From NCBI RefSeq assembly GCF_001652585.1, contig NZ_LWLG01000013.1, positions 1 through 32,000 of the forward strand: a stretch of DNA of 32,000 nt. Direction: 5' to 3'. A model generated the notes under the pieces. The model was not told the origin of the DNA. It did no database searches and saw only the letters and a program-made list of their open reading frames with translations. This document shows, piece by piece, positions 7,893-15,162 of the stretch (position 1 is the stretch's first letter; each line of letters starts with the position of its first letter). The DNA is from Thermosulfurimonas dismutans (lineage in GTDB: Bacteria > Desulfobacterota > Thermodesulfobacteria > Thermodesulfobacteriales > Thermodesulfobacteriaceae). The position numbers and the translations under genes are program-made.

Positions 7893-8923
7893 AGGGGGAC
7901 TTCCCTCATGCGCAAAGATTCATAGAGGGCCAAATATTCCCGGGCCATTCTTTCGGCGGTAAAGTGTTCCTCAAAAACCCGCCGACATTCCCGACGAGAA
8001 AGCCCGGAAAGTCCTTCCACCGCCCTTTCGGCCTCCTCCATGCTCTCCACGATGAAACCGTTTCGGCCATCCTCAATGATTTCCGGCACTGAACCGCACC
8101 GCCAAGCGATAACCGGCGTCCCGCAGGCGTTGGCCTCGATCATCACCAGCCCGAAGGGCTCCGGCCAGTCGATGAGCATGAGGAGGGCCAGGGCCTCTCC
8201 CAAAAATTCCTGTTTTTCCTTCTCGGTAATCTCGCCGATGAATTCTACCCAGGGACTTTTAAGCCTGGGCTTGATAACTTCTTTAAAATATTCCTCATCG
8301 GCTTTGTCCACCTTGGCCGCTATAAGAAGCTTTATCCCTACTCTTTCGGCGAGTTCTATAGCCCGGTCTGGGCGCTTCTCTGGAGATATTCTTCCCAGAA
8401 AGGCCAGATATTTCCCGGGTTCATAGACCGGTCGGTAAAGATCCGCTGGCAGACCGTGATAGACCGTGCCGATCCAGTTAAGAAAGGGAAGAGGTCTGCG
8501 CTGGGCGTTTGAGATAGAAACGAAGGGGGCTTCCCGGAACTCCTTGTAAAAGGGAAACATCTCCGGGAGATCCAGGCGCCCGTGAAGCGTAGTGAGATAA
8601 GAAATCTTCGTTCTACGCATAAGGGGCAAGTGCAGGTAATCAATGTGAAAATGGATAACATCGAACTCCGAGGCCATTCGCAGCACCCTTTCCACCATAA
8701 AGACATGTGGAGCCAGGGTATCCTTCACCCCGGCAAGCCTCAGGGCCTGGGGTGCACAGGGAATCAGGCGGGCCGAGGTCTTAGAATCACCGCTTGCAAA
8801 AAGCGTAACCTCGTGCCCTTGACGTACCAACTCCTCGGTAAGCCAAGAGACTACCCGTTCCGTGCCCCCATAAAGCTTGGGTGGTACGGCCTCAAAAAGC
8901 GGCGCCACCTGCGCAATTCTCAT
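7874..8923 (-). CDS. glycosyltransferase family 4 (GT-B, retaining)
   Basis: N-terminus MRIAQVAPL..YGGTERVV and C-terminal EPFGLVMIEANACGTPVIA (E-x7-E region). I place the start at ATG 8923, with GGAGGTG 6 nt upstream, rather than at the track GTG 8932. Confidence 0.8.
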   Translation of the reverse strand: MRIAQVAPLFEAVPPKLYGGTERVVSWLTEELVRQGHEVTLFASGDSKTSARLIPCAPQALRLAGVKDTLAPHVFMVERVLRMASEFDVIHFHIDYLHLPLMRRTKISYLTTLHGRLDLPEMFPFYKEFREAPFVSISNAQRRPLPFLNWIGTVYHGLPADLYRPVYEPGKYLAFLGRISPEKRPDRAIELAERVGIKLLIAAKVDKADEEYFKEVIKPRLKSPWVEFIGEITEKEKQEFLGEALALLMLIDWPEPFGLVMIEANACGTPVIAWRCGSVPEIIEDGRNGFIVESMEEAERAVEGLSGLSRRECRRVFEEHFTAERMAREYLALYESLRMREVPLWRKAA

Positions 8924-8977
8924 GGCCGCCACCTCCGCTTCCGAATCTCCCTGGATTAAAAAGTAAGAACCAGAAGT

Positions 8978-10045
8978 CTATTTGCAAAGGGAATAAGATC
9001 GAAACAAGGAAAGCAAATACTCGAGGGTTTCTCGGGGGAATCTTAACAAAAGGGATAAAGCCAGCACAGGGAGGAAAGAGACCCCTATGGGAATCTTTAC
9101 CAAGTCTTTCTCCGTGGTAATCAGGGCCTCAGCGCCGAGGGAAGCAGCCTTTTCTGAGAGTCTGCGAATATCCCTTTCCCGATAATGGTAGTGGTCGGGA
9201 TAGGCCTTGAAAAAGAGGACCTCAAAGCCCTCTTCCTCAAGGGTCTTCCGAAAGTTGTCCGGGTCTCCTAGGCCGCAAAAGGCTACCACCCGGCGAGGCT
9301 TTCGGCCGGTATAAGGCATAAAGCCCGATGGAGTAAGGGTGACTAGAGGTCCGGGCTCGAAGGCCGTCCTGAGGACCGGGAGTCCCATAGAAGCAAACCG
9401 ACGAGAAAGGTCCTCCGCCCGTTCAGGGAAGAGGTTGGTCCGGGTAACGAAAACTGCCTGGGCCTTCCGGGCTACCGAAAGCGGCTCCCGCAGGCGGCCA
9501 GCTGGGAAGAGCCTTTCGACAAAGGGATCCCTCCCCGCAGAAACAACCAGGAGATAAAGGTCTGCAGAAAGCCTCAGGTGTTGAAAGGCGTCGTCGAAAA
9601 GAAGTACCCCGGGCCGGAATCTTTCACAAGCAAGCTCAGCCGCAGCCAGCCGGTCTTTCCCCACTACCACCGGTATCCCGGGAAGCCTAAAGGCATAAAG
9701 CAGGGCTTCTTCTCCCGCCTCCTCCGAACCCAAAATCGGTCCCTGGCCCTCCGAGACCACCCGTGGTCCCTGTCCTCTCCCGCCATAGCCTCTAAGTATC
9801 ACCACCGGCCTAAGATCAAGGCCTTTCAATAGTTCCGCCAAGGCTAGGGTGAAAGGCGTTTTGCCCTCCCCTCCTAAGGAGAGGTTCCCTACCACTACAG
9901 AAGGCACTGCCGGCTTCCGGCGAGTAAGCCAGCCGGCCTCGTAGGCCTTCCGCCTCACCCGCACCCCGAGGCCATACAACCAGGAAAGGGGTAAATATAG
10001 CGGCTTGGTCTTCTCCCAGAAAAAAACTAGAAGTTTCGGGACCAT
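8978..10045 (-). CDS. lpxK: tetraacyldisaccharide 4'-kinase
   Basis: 355 aa. N-terminal membrane-anchor helix followed by the LpxK P-loop VVGNLSLGGEGKTP. Confidence 0.88.
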   Translation of the reverse strand: MVPKLLVFFWEKTKPLYLPLSWLYGLGVRVRRKAYEAGWLTRRKPAVPSVVVGNLSLGGEGKTPFTLALAELLKGLDLRPVVILRGYGGRGQGPRVVSEGQGPILGSEEAGEEALLYAFRLPGIPVVVGKDRLAAAELACERFRPGVLLFDDAFQHLRLSADLYLLVVSAGRDPFVERLFPAGRLREPLSVARKAQAVFVTRTNLFPERAEDLSRRFASMGLPVLRTAFEPGPLVTLTPSGFMPYTGRKPRRVVAFCGLGDPDNFRKTLEEEGFEVLFFKAYPDHYHYRERDIRRLSEKAASLGAEALITTEKDLVKIPIGVSFLPVLALSLLLRFPRETLEYLLSLFRSYSLCK

Positions 10046-10404
10046 GCCGCAGGACCTAGAATAGGAGCCAGCACCTCCCGGGCGTAGTTAAGGGCTTGAG
10101 AGGCTAGGGCTCTGGCTTCCTCCAAGGAAGTTCCGGTTCTAAATTTTTCCCAGGCGTCTTTAAAGAAAGTCGCCATCTCCGGCTCCACGGCTCGGGAAAG
10201 CTCCTCAAGAAGCTTTTCCGGTGATGGCTTCTCTTTAGGAGCCTCTATCCGAGAAACGGCCCAGATAGCTTTAGTAGAGAACAAAAAACTGTCTTTAAAA
10301 GCCAAAAGGGCCGCTTCCTGGTCTTCGTTTAATCGCGTAAGGGCCTTCTGGTATTCCTCTTCGGCATACCGCAGGTAGGTTTTGGCCCGAATGTAAAAAG
10401 GCAT
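10027..10404 (-). CDS. hypothetical all-helical protein (HEPN/PaREP1-like pattern, no catalytic motif)
   Basis: 125-aa ORF. Its end overlaps the lpxK start by 19 nt, and it begins 6 nt after the preceding ORF. Heptad-like helical composition. Contains no histidine at all. Confidence 0.5.
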   Translation of the reverse strand: MPFYIRAKTYLRYAEEEYQKALTRLNEDQEAALLAFKDSFLFSTKAIWAVSRIEAPKEKPSPEKLLEELSRAVEPEMATFFKDAWEKFRTGTSLEEARALASQALNYAREVLAPILGPAAWSRNF

Positions 10405-10410
10405 TTAATT

Positions 10411-10620
10411 TTAAGAACCTTCTCCCTCGCTCTTTTCCCTTAGCCGCCGATAAAAGTGTTCGGTCATGACCTCGTCGGCTTTCTCACAGATCTCAAAGAG
10501 GATATCAATCATGTCCAACATCTCTGCCTGGCCATCCGGAGGACGCATATCAAAGTCCTCAATAAAGGCCCCACTTTCCAAATACTCCTTAAACTCCCGC
10601 AACTTCTTGAGCGTTAACAT
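10411..10620 (-). CDS. hypothetical small acidic protein
   Basis: 69-aa ORF. Its ATG directly abuts the efp stop (TAAATG). No family recognised. Confidence 0.45.
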   Translation of the reverse strand: MLTLKKLREFKEYLESGAFIEDFDMRPPDGQAEMLDMIDILFEICEKADEVMTEHFYRRLREKSEGEGS

Positions 10621-11184
10621 TTACCCCACCCTTTCCACATACTCACCGGTACGGGTGTCCACCTTGATGAGATCCCCCTCATTTATAAAAAGAGGTACCT
10701 GGACTACGGCTCCAGTCTCAAGCTTAGCTGGTTTAGAACCTCCGGAAACCGTATCTCCACGCACTCCAGGCTCTGTCTCCACCACTTTGAGCTCCACCGT
10801 ATTCGGAAGTTCTACCCCAATAGGTTTTCCCTTGTAATAAAGCACAAAGACGTTGACATTTTCCTGCAAGAACTTCCAGGCCTCACCTAACTGATCTTTG
10901 TCCAAATATACCTGATCGTAGTCCTCAAGATCCATGAATACGTAACGATCCCCCTCCTGGTAAAGGTACTGCATTTCCTTTTCCTCGAGATCCGGTCTTT
11001 CAAAACGCTCTCCAGAGCGAAAATTGACCTCCAATACCCTTCCTGTAGTGAGGTCTCGAAGCTTGGTCCTTACGGTGGCCTGTCCCTTGGCTACCTTGGA
11101 GTGCTGGTATTCAAGAACCTCGTAGGGCTTCCCTTCCCACTCGATCTTGAGACCTCTTCTAAAATCCGAAGTGGTGTAGGCCAT
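10621..11184 (-). CDS. efp: translation elongation factor P
   Basis: 187 aa, alignable over its full length to bacterial EF-P (DFRRGLKI..., ...GDTVSGGSKPAKLETGAVVQVPLFINEGDLIKVDTRTGEYVERV). GGAGG RBS lies inside the end of the upstream gene. Confidence 0.95.
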   Translation of the reverse strand: MAYTTSDFRRGLKIEWEGKPYEVLEYQHSKVAKGQATVRTKLRDLTTGRVLEVNFRSGERFERPDLEEKEMQYLYQEGDRYVFMDLEDYDQVYLDKDQLGEAWKFLQENVNVFVLYYKGKPIGVELPNTVELKVVETEPGVRGDTVSGGSKPAKLETGAVVQVPLFINEGDLIKVDTRTGEYVERVG

Positions 11185-11186
11185 AT

Positions 11187-11507
11187 TTACCTCCTCTTTC
11201 TGAAGATGATTAATCTTTCACCCTTTTTGACATAACCATATTTTTTACGGGCGATCTCTTCGTAGAGTTGCGGATCTTTCTCAAGGGCCTTTATCCTCCG
11301 AGAAATATCCGCATTTTCTGTCCGCAGCTTCGAAAGCTCTTTCAGACTGGATCGATAACGCCAGTCAAAGTAAAATCCGCTCAAAAGACCTGCCACAAAA
11401 AGAACTCCCAGCAACCCTCCAAGCCAAATATTAAAGTTCCTTTTAGACTTTGAACGCGAACGGGCCTTTCCGGGCACATAGCCCTTAGGATTGAATGTCA
11501 CTGCCAT
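11187..11507 (-). CDS. septum formation initiator family protein (FtsB/DivIC-like)
   Basis: 106 aa. Basic N-terminus, one TM helix, a coiled-coil segment, and a C-terminal YEEIARKKYGYVKKGERLI motif typical of FtsB/DivIC. Confidence 0.75.
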   Translation of the reverse strand: MAVTFNPKGYVPGKARSRSKSKRNFNIWLGGLLGVLFVAGLLSGFYFDWRYRSSLKELSKLRTENADISRRIKALEKDPQLYEEIARKKYGYVKKGERLIIFRKRR

Positions 11508-11593
11508 CTTGGAACAACCTTAAATCAAACCCGCCCGGGATTCAAGAGGCACCTTATACTAGACCGGAAGGCTTATCAGTAGCCCCATTCCGC

Positions 11594-11628
11594 AAAAATA
11601 AAAAGGGCGGCCCTCCAAAGGCCGCCCC
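11594..11628 (-). terminator. Rho-independent terminator after amt-1
   Basis: On the minus strand GGGCGGCC-TTTGGAG-GGCCGCCC is followed by TTTTTATTTTT. Plus-strand stems at 11605-11612 and 11620-11627; A-run at 11594-11604. Confidence 0.85.
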
Positions 11629-11652
11629 ACAATTATAACCACATATTACATA

Positions 11653-12828
11653 TTAGAAGGCATAAGCTTCCTCGCCGTGTTCGGCAATATCCAAGCCGTT
11701 AACCTCAGCCTCGCTATCCGCACGGAACCCGAAGACGACATCCACCACCTTGGCCAGAATAAAAGTGGCCACCAGGGTATAGACTACCGTAGCCGCTACT
11801 CCGATGAGCTGAGGAACAAACTTGCCCTCCTCAGAGAGGAGCCCCACACAGAGGGTACCAATCACCCCTCCTACCCCGTGAATTCCCACTACATCCAGGG
11901 CGTCATCGTAACCCAGCCGATTCTTGGCCAGCACCGCCAGGTAACAGATCAAACCGGCCAGGACTCCTATGAGGACGGCGGCGTTCACCTCCACAAATCC
12001 TGCGGCCGGTGTAATAGTAGCCAGCCCTGCAATGGCACCACTGCAGGCTCCGAGAGTAGTGGGTTTGCCCTGGTGAAATCTCTCCACCAGTACCCAGACC
12101 GCCATGGCAGTCATGGCCGCCACGTGGGTATTCACAAAAGCCTGCACCGCCGTGCCGTTCACCTCAAGGGCGCTTCCGGCGTTGAACCCGAACCAGCCGA
12201 ACCACAGCAATCCGGTGCCGATAACCGTAAGGAGCAAGTTGTGCGGGATGAAGGGTTCCCGTCCGTAGCCTTTACGAGGGCCAATCACTAGGGCCGTTAC
12301 TAAGGCTGCGGCTCCGCAGCTGGCATGCACCACCAGTCCCCCGGCAAAATCAAGCACCCCTAGTTTACCGAGCCAACCTCCGCCCCAGATCCAGTGACAG
12401 AGTGGGTTATAGACCACAAGGGCCCAGAGCAAGCTGAAGATCACAAAGCCTCGGAAACGAACCCTCTCGGCAAAGGCCCCGGTAATCAGGGCCGGTGTGA
12501 TAACCGCAAACATGCACTGATAGATCATGAAAACCATATGCGGCACCGTAGAGGCATAGTCCGGACTGGGTTCGAGCCCTACCCCCCGCAAGGCAAAGTA
12601 TTTGAGGCTTCCAATAATTCCGTGCAAATCCGGACCAAAAGATAGACTATAGCCTACATAAATCCACTCCAGAGTTACGATGGAAATCATGATAAGGCTT
12701 TGAATGACTACCGAGAGCACGTTCTTTCGTCTCACCAATCCACCGTAAAAGACTGCCAGGGCCGGGGTCATGAGAAGGACCAGAGCTGCCGAAAACAAAA
12801 GGAAGGCCGTATCTGTCTTGTCTATCAT
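11653..12828 (-). CDS. amt: ammonium transporter (Amt family), paralog 1
   Basis: Multi-TM protein with Amt signatures (AVFYGGLVRRKN, DFAGGLVVHASCG, GFNAGSA, HGVGG). I place the start at ATG 12828, with GGAGGTG 9 nt upstream. The track GTG 12840 lies inside that RBS. Confidence 0.92.
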   Translation of the reverse strand: MIDKTDTAFLLFSAALVLLMTPALAVFYGGLVRRKNVLSVVIQSLIMISIVTLEWIYVGYSLSFGPDLHGIIGSLKYFALRGVGLEPSPDYASTVPHMVFMIYQCMFAVITPALITGAFAERVRFRGFVIFSLLWALVVYNPLCHWIWGGGWLGKLGVLDFAGGLVVHASCGAAALVTALVIGPRKGYGREPFIPHNLLLTVIGTGLLWFGWFGFNAGSALEVNGTAVQAFVNTHVAAMTAMAVWVLVERFHQGKPTTLGACSGAIAGLATITPAAGFVEVNAAVLIGVLAGLICYLAVLAKNRLGYDDALDVVGIHGVGGVIGTLCVGLLSEEGKFVPQLIGVAATVVYTLVATFILAKVVDVVFGFRADSEAEVNGLDIAEHGEEAYAF

Positions 12829-12863
12829 GTCGCAATTCACCTCCTCGTTTTTCCCGGCCCTTA

Positions 12864-12879
12864 ATCAAGAAGTATGCCA
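12864..12879 (-). promoter_or_regulatory. sigma54-like -24/-12 element upstream of amt-1 (TGGCAT-N5-TTGAT)
   Basis: The minus strand reads GTGGCATACTTCTTGAT. The GG is present but the -12 GC is replaced by GA. The element ends 36 nt upstream of ATG 12828, the same geometry as upstream of amt-2. Confidence 0.35.
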
Positions 12880-12927
12880 CCCTAAAGCCTCCGCAATCTA
12901 TGGCTCCAATTACCCTATCCGCCACCA

Positions 12928-12996
12928 ATTTACCTTTTAGACAATTTTGTTATTTACATTTTTGTAGCAACCTCTGTTTATTTACTTTGTAGACAA
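12928..12996. repeat. Three copies of an ATTTAC-N5/8-AG(A)CAA motif upstream of amt-1
   Basis: Plus strand: atttaccttttagacaa (12928-12944), atttacatttttgtagcaa (12952-12970), atttactttgtagacaa (12980-12996). These lie 100-168 nt upstream of the amt-1 start. Confidence 0.55.
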
Positions 12997-13046
12997 GAGC
13001 ATTTTTGGACTTTTCCAAAAGCACTTAGACACAATTTCCCATTTTG

Positions 13047-14261
13047 TTAAAAACTGTACCCGGTTTCACGGTGCTGAGTAAGATCGAGCCCCTGAATTTC
13101 TTCTTCTCGAGATACCCGGACGCCCAAGATTGCGTCTACTACCTTGAACAGAATCAAAGAAGCCACGAAACAGAACACCGCCCCGGCCGCGGCCCCGAGG
13201 AACTGAATACCAAATTGCTTTACATTTCCGAAAAGTAGGCCATCGGCCCCAGCGGGATTTACCGCCTTGGAGGCAAAAAGCCCAGTGGCCAGCGCCCCCC
13301 AGAAGCCGCCCACGCCATGCACCCCTACCACATCCAGGGCGTCATCGTAACCCAACCGATTTTTGGCCAGCACCGCCAGGTAACAGATCAAACCAGCCAG
13401 CAACCCTATAACCACCGCCGCCCAGAGGGGCACAAAACCAGCCGCCGGCGTAATGGCCACCAGACCAGCCACTGCCCCGGAGGCCGCTCCCAAAGTCGTA
13501 GGAGCCCCCTGAAGGATCCATTCCGCTATCACCCAGGAAAGGGCTGCCAGCCCAGCTGCAATCTGGGTATTCATAAAGGCCAGTACCGCTACCTCATCGG
13601 CTGCTAGCGCACTTCCGGCGTTGAATCCAAACCAGCCAAACCAAAGCAACCCGGCCCCCAAGAGGGTGAGCGGCAAATTGTGAGGATGAAGTGGGTCCCG
13701 GCGATACCCCAAACGTGGACCAACAACCAGTGCAGCCGCCAGCGCCGAGGCTCCGGAGGCGATGTGAATGACCGTGCCCCCGGCAAAGTCCAGCGCCCCC
13801 ATCTCACCCAGCCAGCCACCACCCCAGACCCAGTGACACAGCGGGGCGTAGACCAACGTAAACCATAGGGCCACGAACAGGAGATAAGCCGAAAACCGCA
13901 TCCTTTCGGCAAAGGCCCCGGTGATCAGGGCCGGCGTGATAACCGCAAACATAAGCTGAAAAGCAGCGAAAAGAAGATGGGGAATATTCTCAGCCGCAGG
14001 GGCGGGCCCCGTCCCTACCCCTTTAAAGAAGAGATACTCCAACCCCCCGATAACCTTCCCGTGATCCGGACCAAAAGCCAAACTATAACCATAGAGAAAC
14101 CACAATAAACTGATCAACCCCAAACAGATAAAAACCTGAAGCGAGATAGAAAGCACATTTTTGGCACGCACCAGCCCCCCATAAAAAAGCGCAAGCCCCG
14201 GAGTCATCAACATCACCAGGGCCGTGGCCACCAGCATCCAAACCACATCCGCCTTTACCAT
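13047..14261 (-). CDS. amt: ammonium transporter (Amt family), paralog 2
   Basis: 404 aa with the same Amt signatures (ALFYGGLVRAKN, DFAGGTVIHIASG, GFNAGSA, HGVGG). GGAGGTG RBS upstream of the ATG. Confidence 0.92.
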   Translation of the reverse strand: MVKADVVWMLVATALVMLMTPGLALFYGGLVRAKNVLSISLQVFICLGLISLLWFLYGYSLAFGPDHGKVIGGLEYLFFKGVGTGPAPAAENIPHLLFAAFQLMFAVITPALITGAFAERMRFSAYLLFVALWFTLVYAPLCHWVWGGGWLGEMGALDFAGGTVIHIASGASALAAALVVGPRLGYRRDPLHPHNLPLTLLGAGLLWFGWFGFNAGSALAADEVAVLAFMNTQIAAGLAALSWVIAEWILQGAPTTLGAASGAVAGLVAITPAAGFVPLWAAVVIGLLAGLICYLAVLAKNRLGYDDALDVVGVHGVGGFWGALATGLFASKAVNPAGADGLLFGNVKQFGIQFLGAAAGAVFCFVASLILFKVVDAILGVRVSREEEIQGLDLTQHRETGYSF

Positions 14262-14295
14262 ACCCGCACCTCCTACCTTTTTTACATTTTGTGCC

Positions 14296-14311
14296 TACAA
14301 ATTTTATGCCA
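14296..14311 (-). promoter_or_regulatory. sigma54-like -24/-12 element upstream of amt-2 (TGGCAT-N5-TTGTA)
   Basis: The minus strand reads TTGGCATAAAATTTGTA. The element ends 35 nt upstream of ATG 14261. The -12 GC is replaced by GT. Confidence 0.35.
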
Positions 14312-14427
14312 AAATCGTAAAGCATACCGAAACTAAGGATCTACAAACACAACTATCTCGTCCATTTTTGCAAACTATAACAATCAAGTAAATTTTCTAT
14401 TCTGAATTAATACAAAAACGTAAAAAA

Positions 14428-15162
14428 TTAGTCTCGGGCGCGGTCGACGGAGTGGTAGGCCAAAAAGAAGCCCAAGCCAGCGATGATGAGAAGTATATAT
14501 AAGGAGGTCAGGGGCACGGGATTTCCGTAGGCGGCGTTACGAATAAGGTGTGAGGCGTGGGTCAAAGGAAGTAGTTTTAAGGGCAACCTAGCCCAAGCAG
14601 GCAGGCCTTCCACCGGGAAAAAGGTCCCTCCTAAGAAGACCATAGGAGTAATGATGAAGTTGGTGACCAAGGCCTGGTCGGCGTGCGAGCGGATCAACAT
14701 GGCCGAGGCCACTCCCAGGGAGGCGAAGACGAAAGCGTTCAGAAAAACGCCCAGGAAGAACGCGGGCCCTAAATGGAGTTTGACTCCGGCCAAAGCTGTA
14801 ATGGCCAAGATCACCAAGGTGGAAAGCAAAGCCCGGGTGACCCCTCCCAAGATCTCTCCCAAGACATAGGCCCAATTCGAGATGGGAGCGGCTTGAAACT
14901 CTTCGAAAATGCGGAGATAAAAACGGGCTACGTTGATCTCCACGTTGATACCGAACCCCTGCATCATGGAGGCGGCTGCCACCACCCCCGGAACCAGGAA
15001 CTCAAGGTAAGGTCTTCCTTCCACCGTCAGGTCTTTGCCCAAACCGAAGCCAAAGGCAACTAGATATAGAGTGGGTGAAACCGAAAAGGAAAGAAGCATC
15101 CGCGGCAACCGGTGCCAGATAATAAGCAGTTCCCGGAGATAGACAGCCAGAAACCCTCTCAC
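14428..15162 (-). CDS. ABC-2 type transporter permease
   Basis: 244 aa, about 6 TM helices, typical ABC-2 permease length and composition. 4-nt overlap with the upstream ATPase gene. Confidence 0.8.
   Translation of the reverse strand: MRGFLAVYLRELLIIWHRLPRMLLSFSVSPTLYLVAFGFGLGKDLTVEGRPYLEFLVPGVVAAASMMQGFGINVEINVARFYLRIFEEFQAAPISNWAYVLGEILGGVTRALLSTLVILAITALAGVKLHLGPAFFLGVFLNAFVFASLGVASAMLIRSHADQALVTNFIITPMVFLGGTFFPVEGLPAWARLPLKLLPLTHASHLIRNAAYGNPVPLTSLYILLIIAGLGFFLAYHSVDRARD

Noticed and set aside
10027-10404. HEPN-type RNase toxin, which would make the two small ORFs a toxin-antitoxin pair
   Set aside because: The helical pattern is HEPN/PaREP1-like, but the protein contains no histidine, so the catalytic Rx4-6H motif is absent. 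The 69-aa partner has no nucleotidyltransferase (MNT) or DNA-binding antitoxin motif.
11677-12291. 204-aa plus-strand ORF inside amt-1, with similar shadow ORFs at 13317-13607 and 13604-13912 inside amt-2
   Set aside because: It is antisense to, or out of frame with, clear Amt transporters. The sequence is hydrophilic and low-complexity with no motifs.
12826-12840. Track start codons extended by GTG/TTG (amt-1 12840, GT4 8932, ABC ATPase 16037, HIT 17056, argS 31444, PurN-like 22802)
   Set aside because: In most of these cases the upstream alternative start lies inside or abuts the Shine-Dalgarno sequence, or adds residues absent from family N-termini. Downstream ATG codons with proper RBS spacing were preferred. 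HIT and the ABC ATPase remain uncertain because no RBS is visible.
13003-13020. ttttgga-cttt-tccaaaa hairpin just downstream of amt-2, considered as a terminator or an NrpR-type operator
   Set aside because: The 7-bp stem is mostly A/T and has no following T-run on the gene strand. The spacing does not fit the GGAA-N6-TTCC consensus. The evidence is too weak to call.
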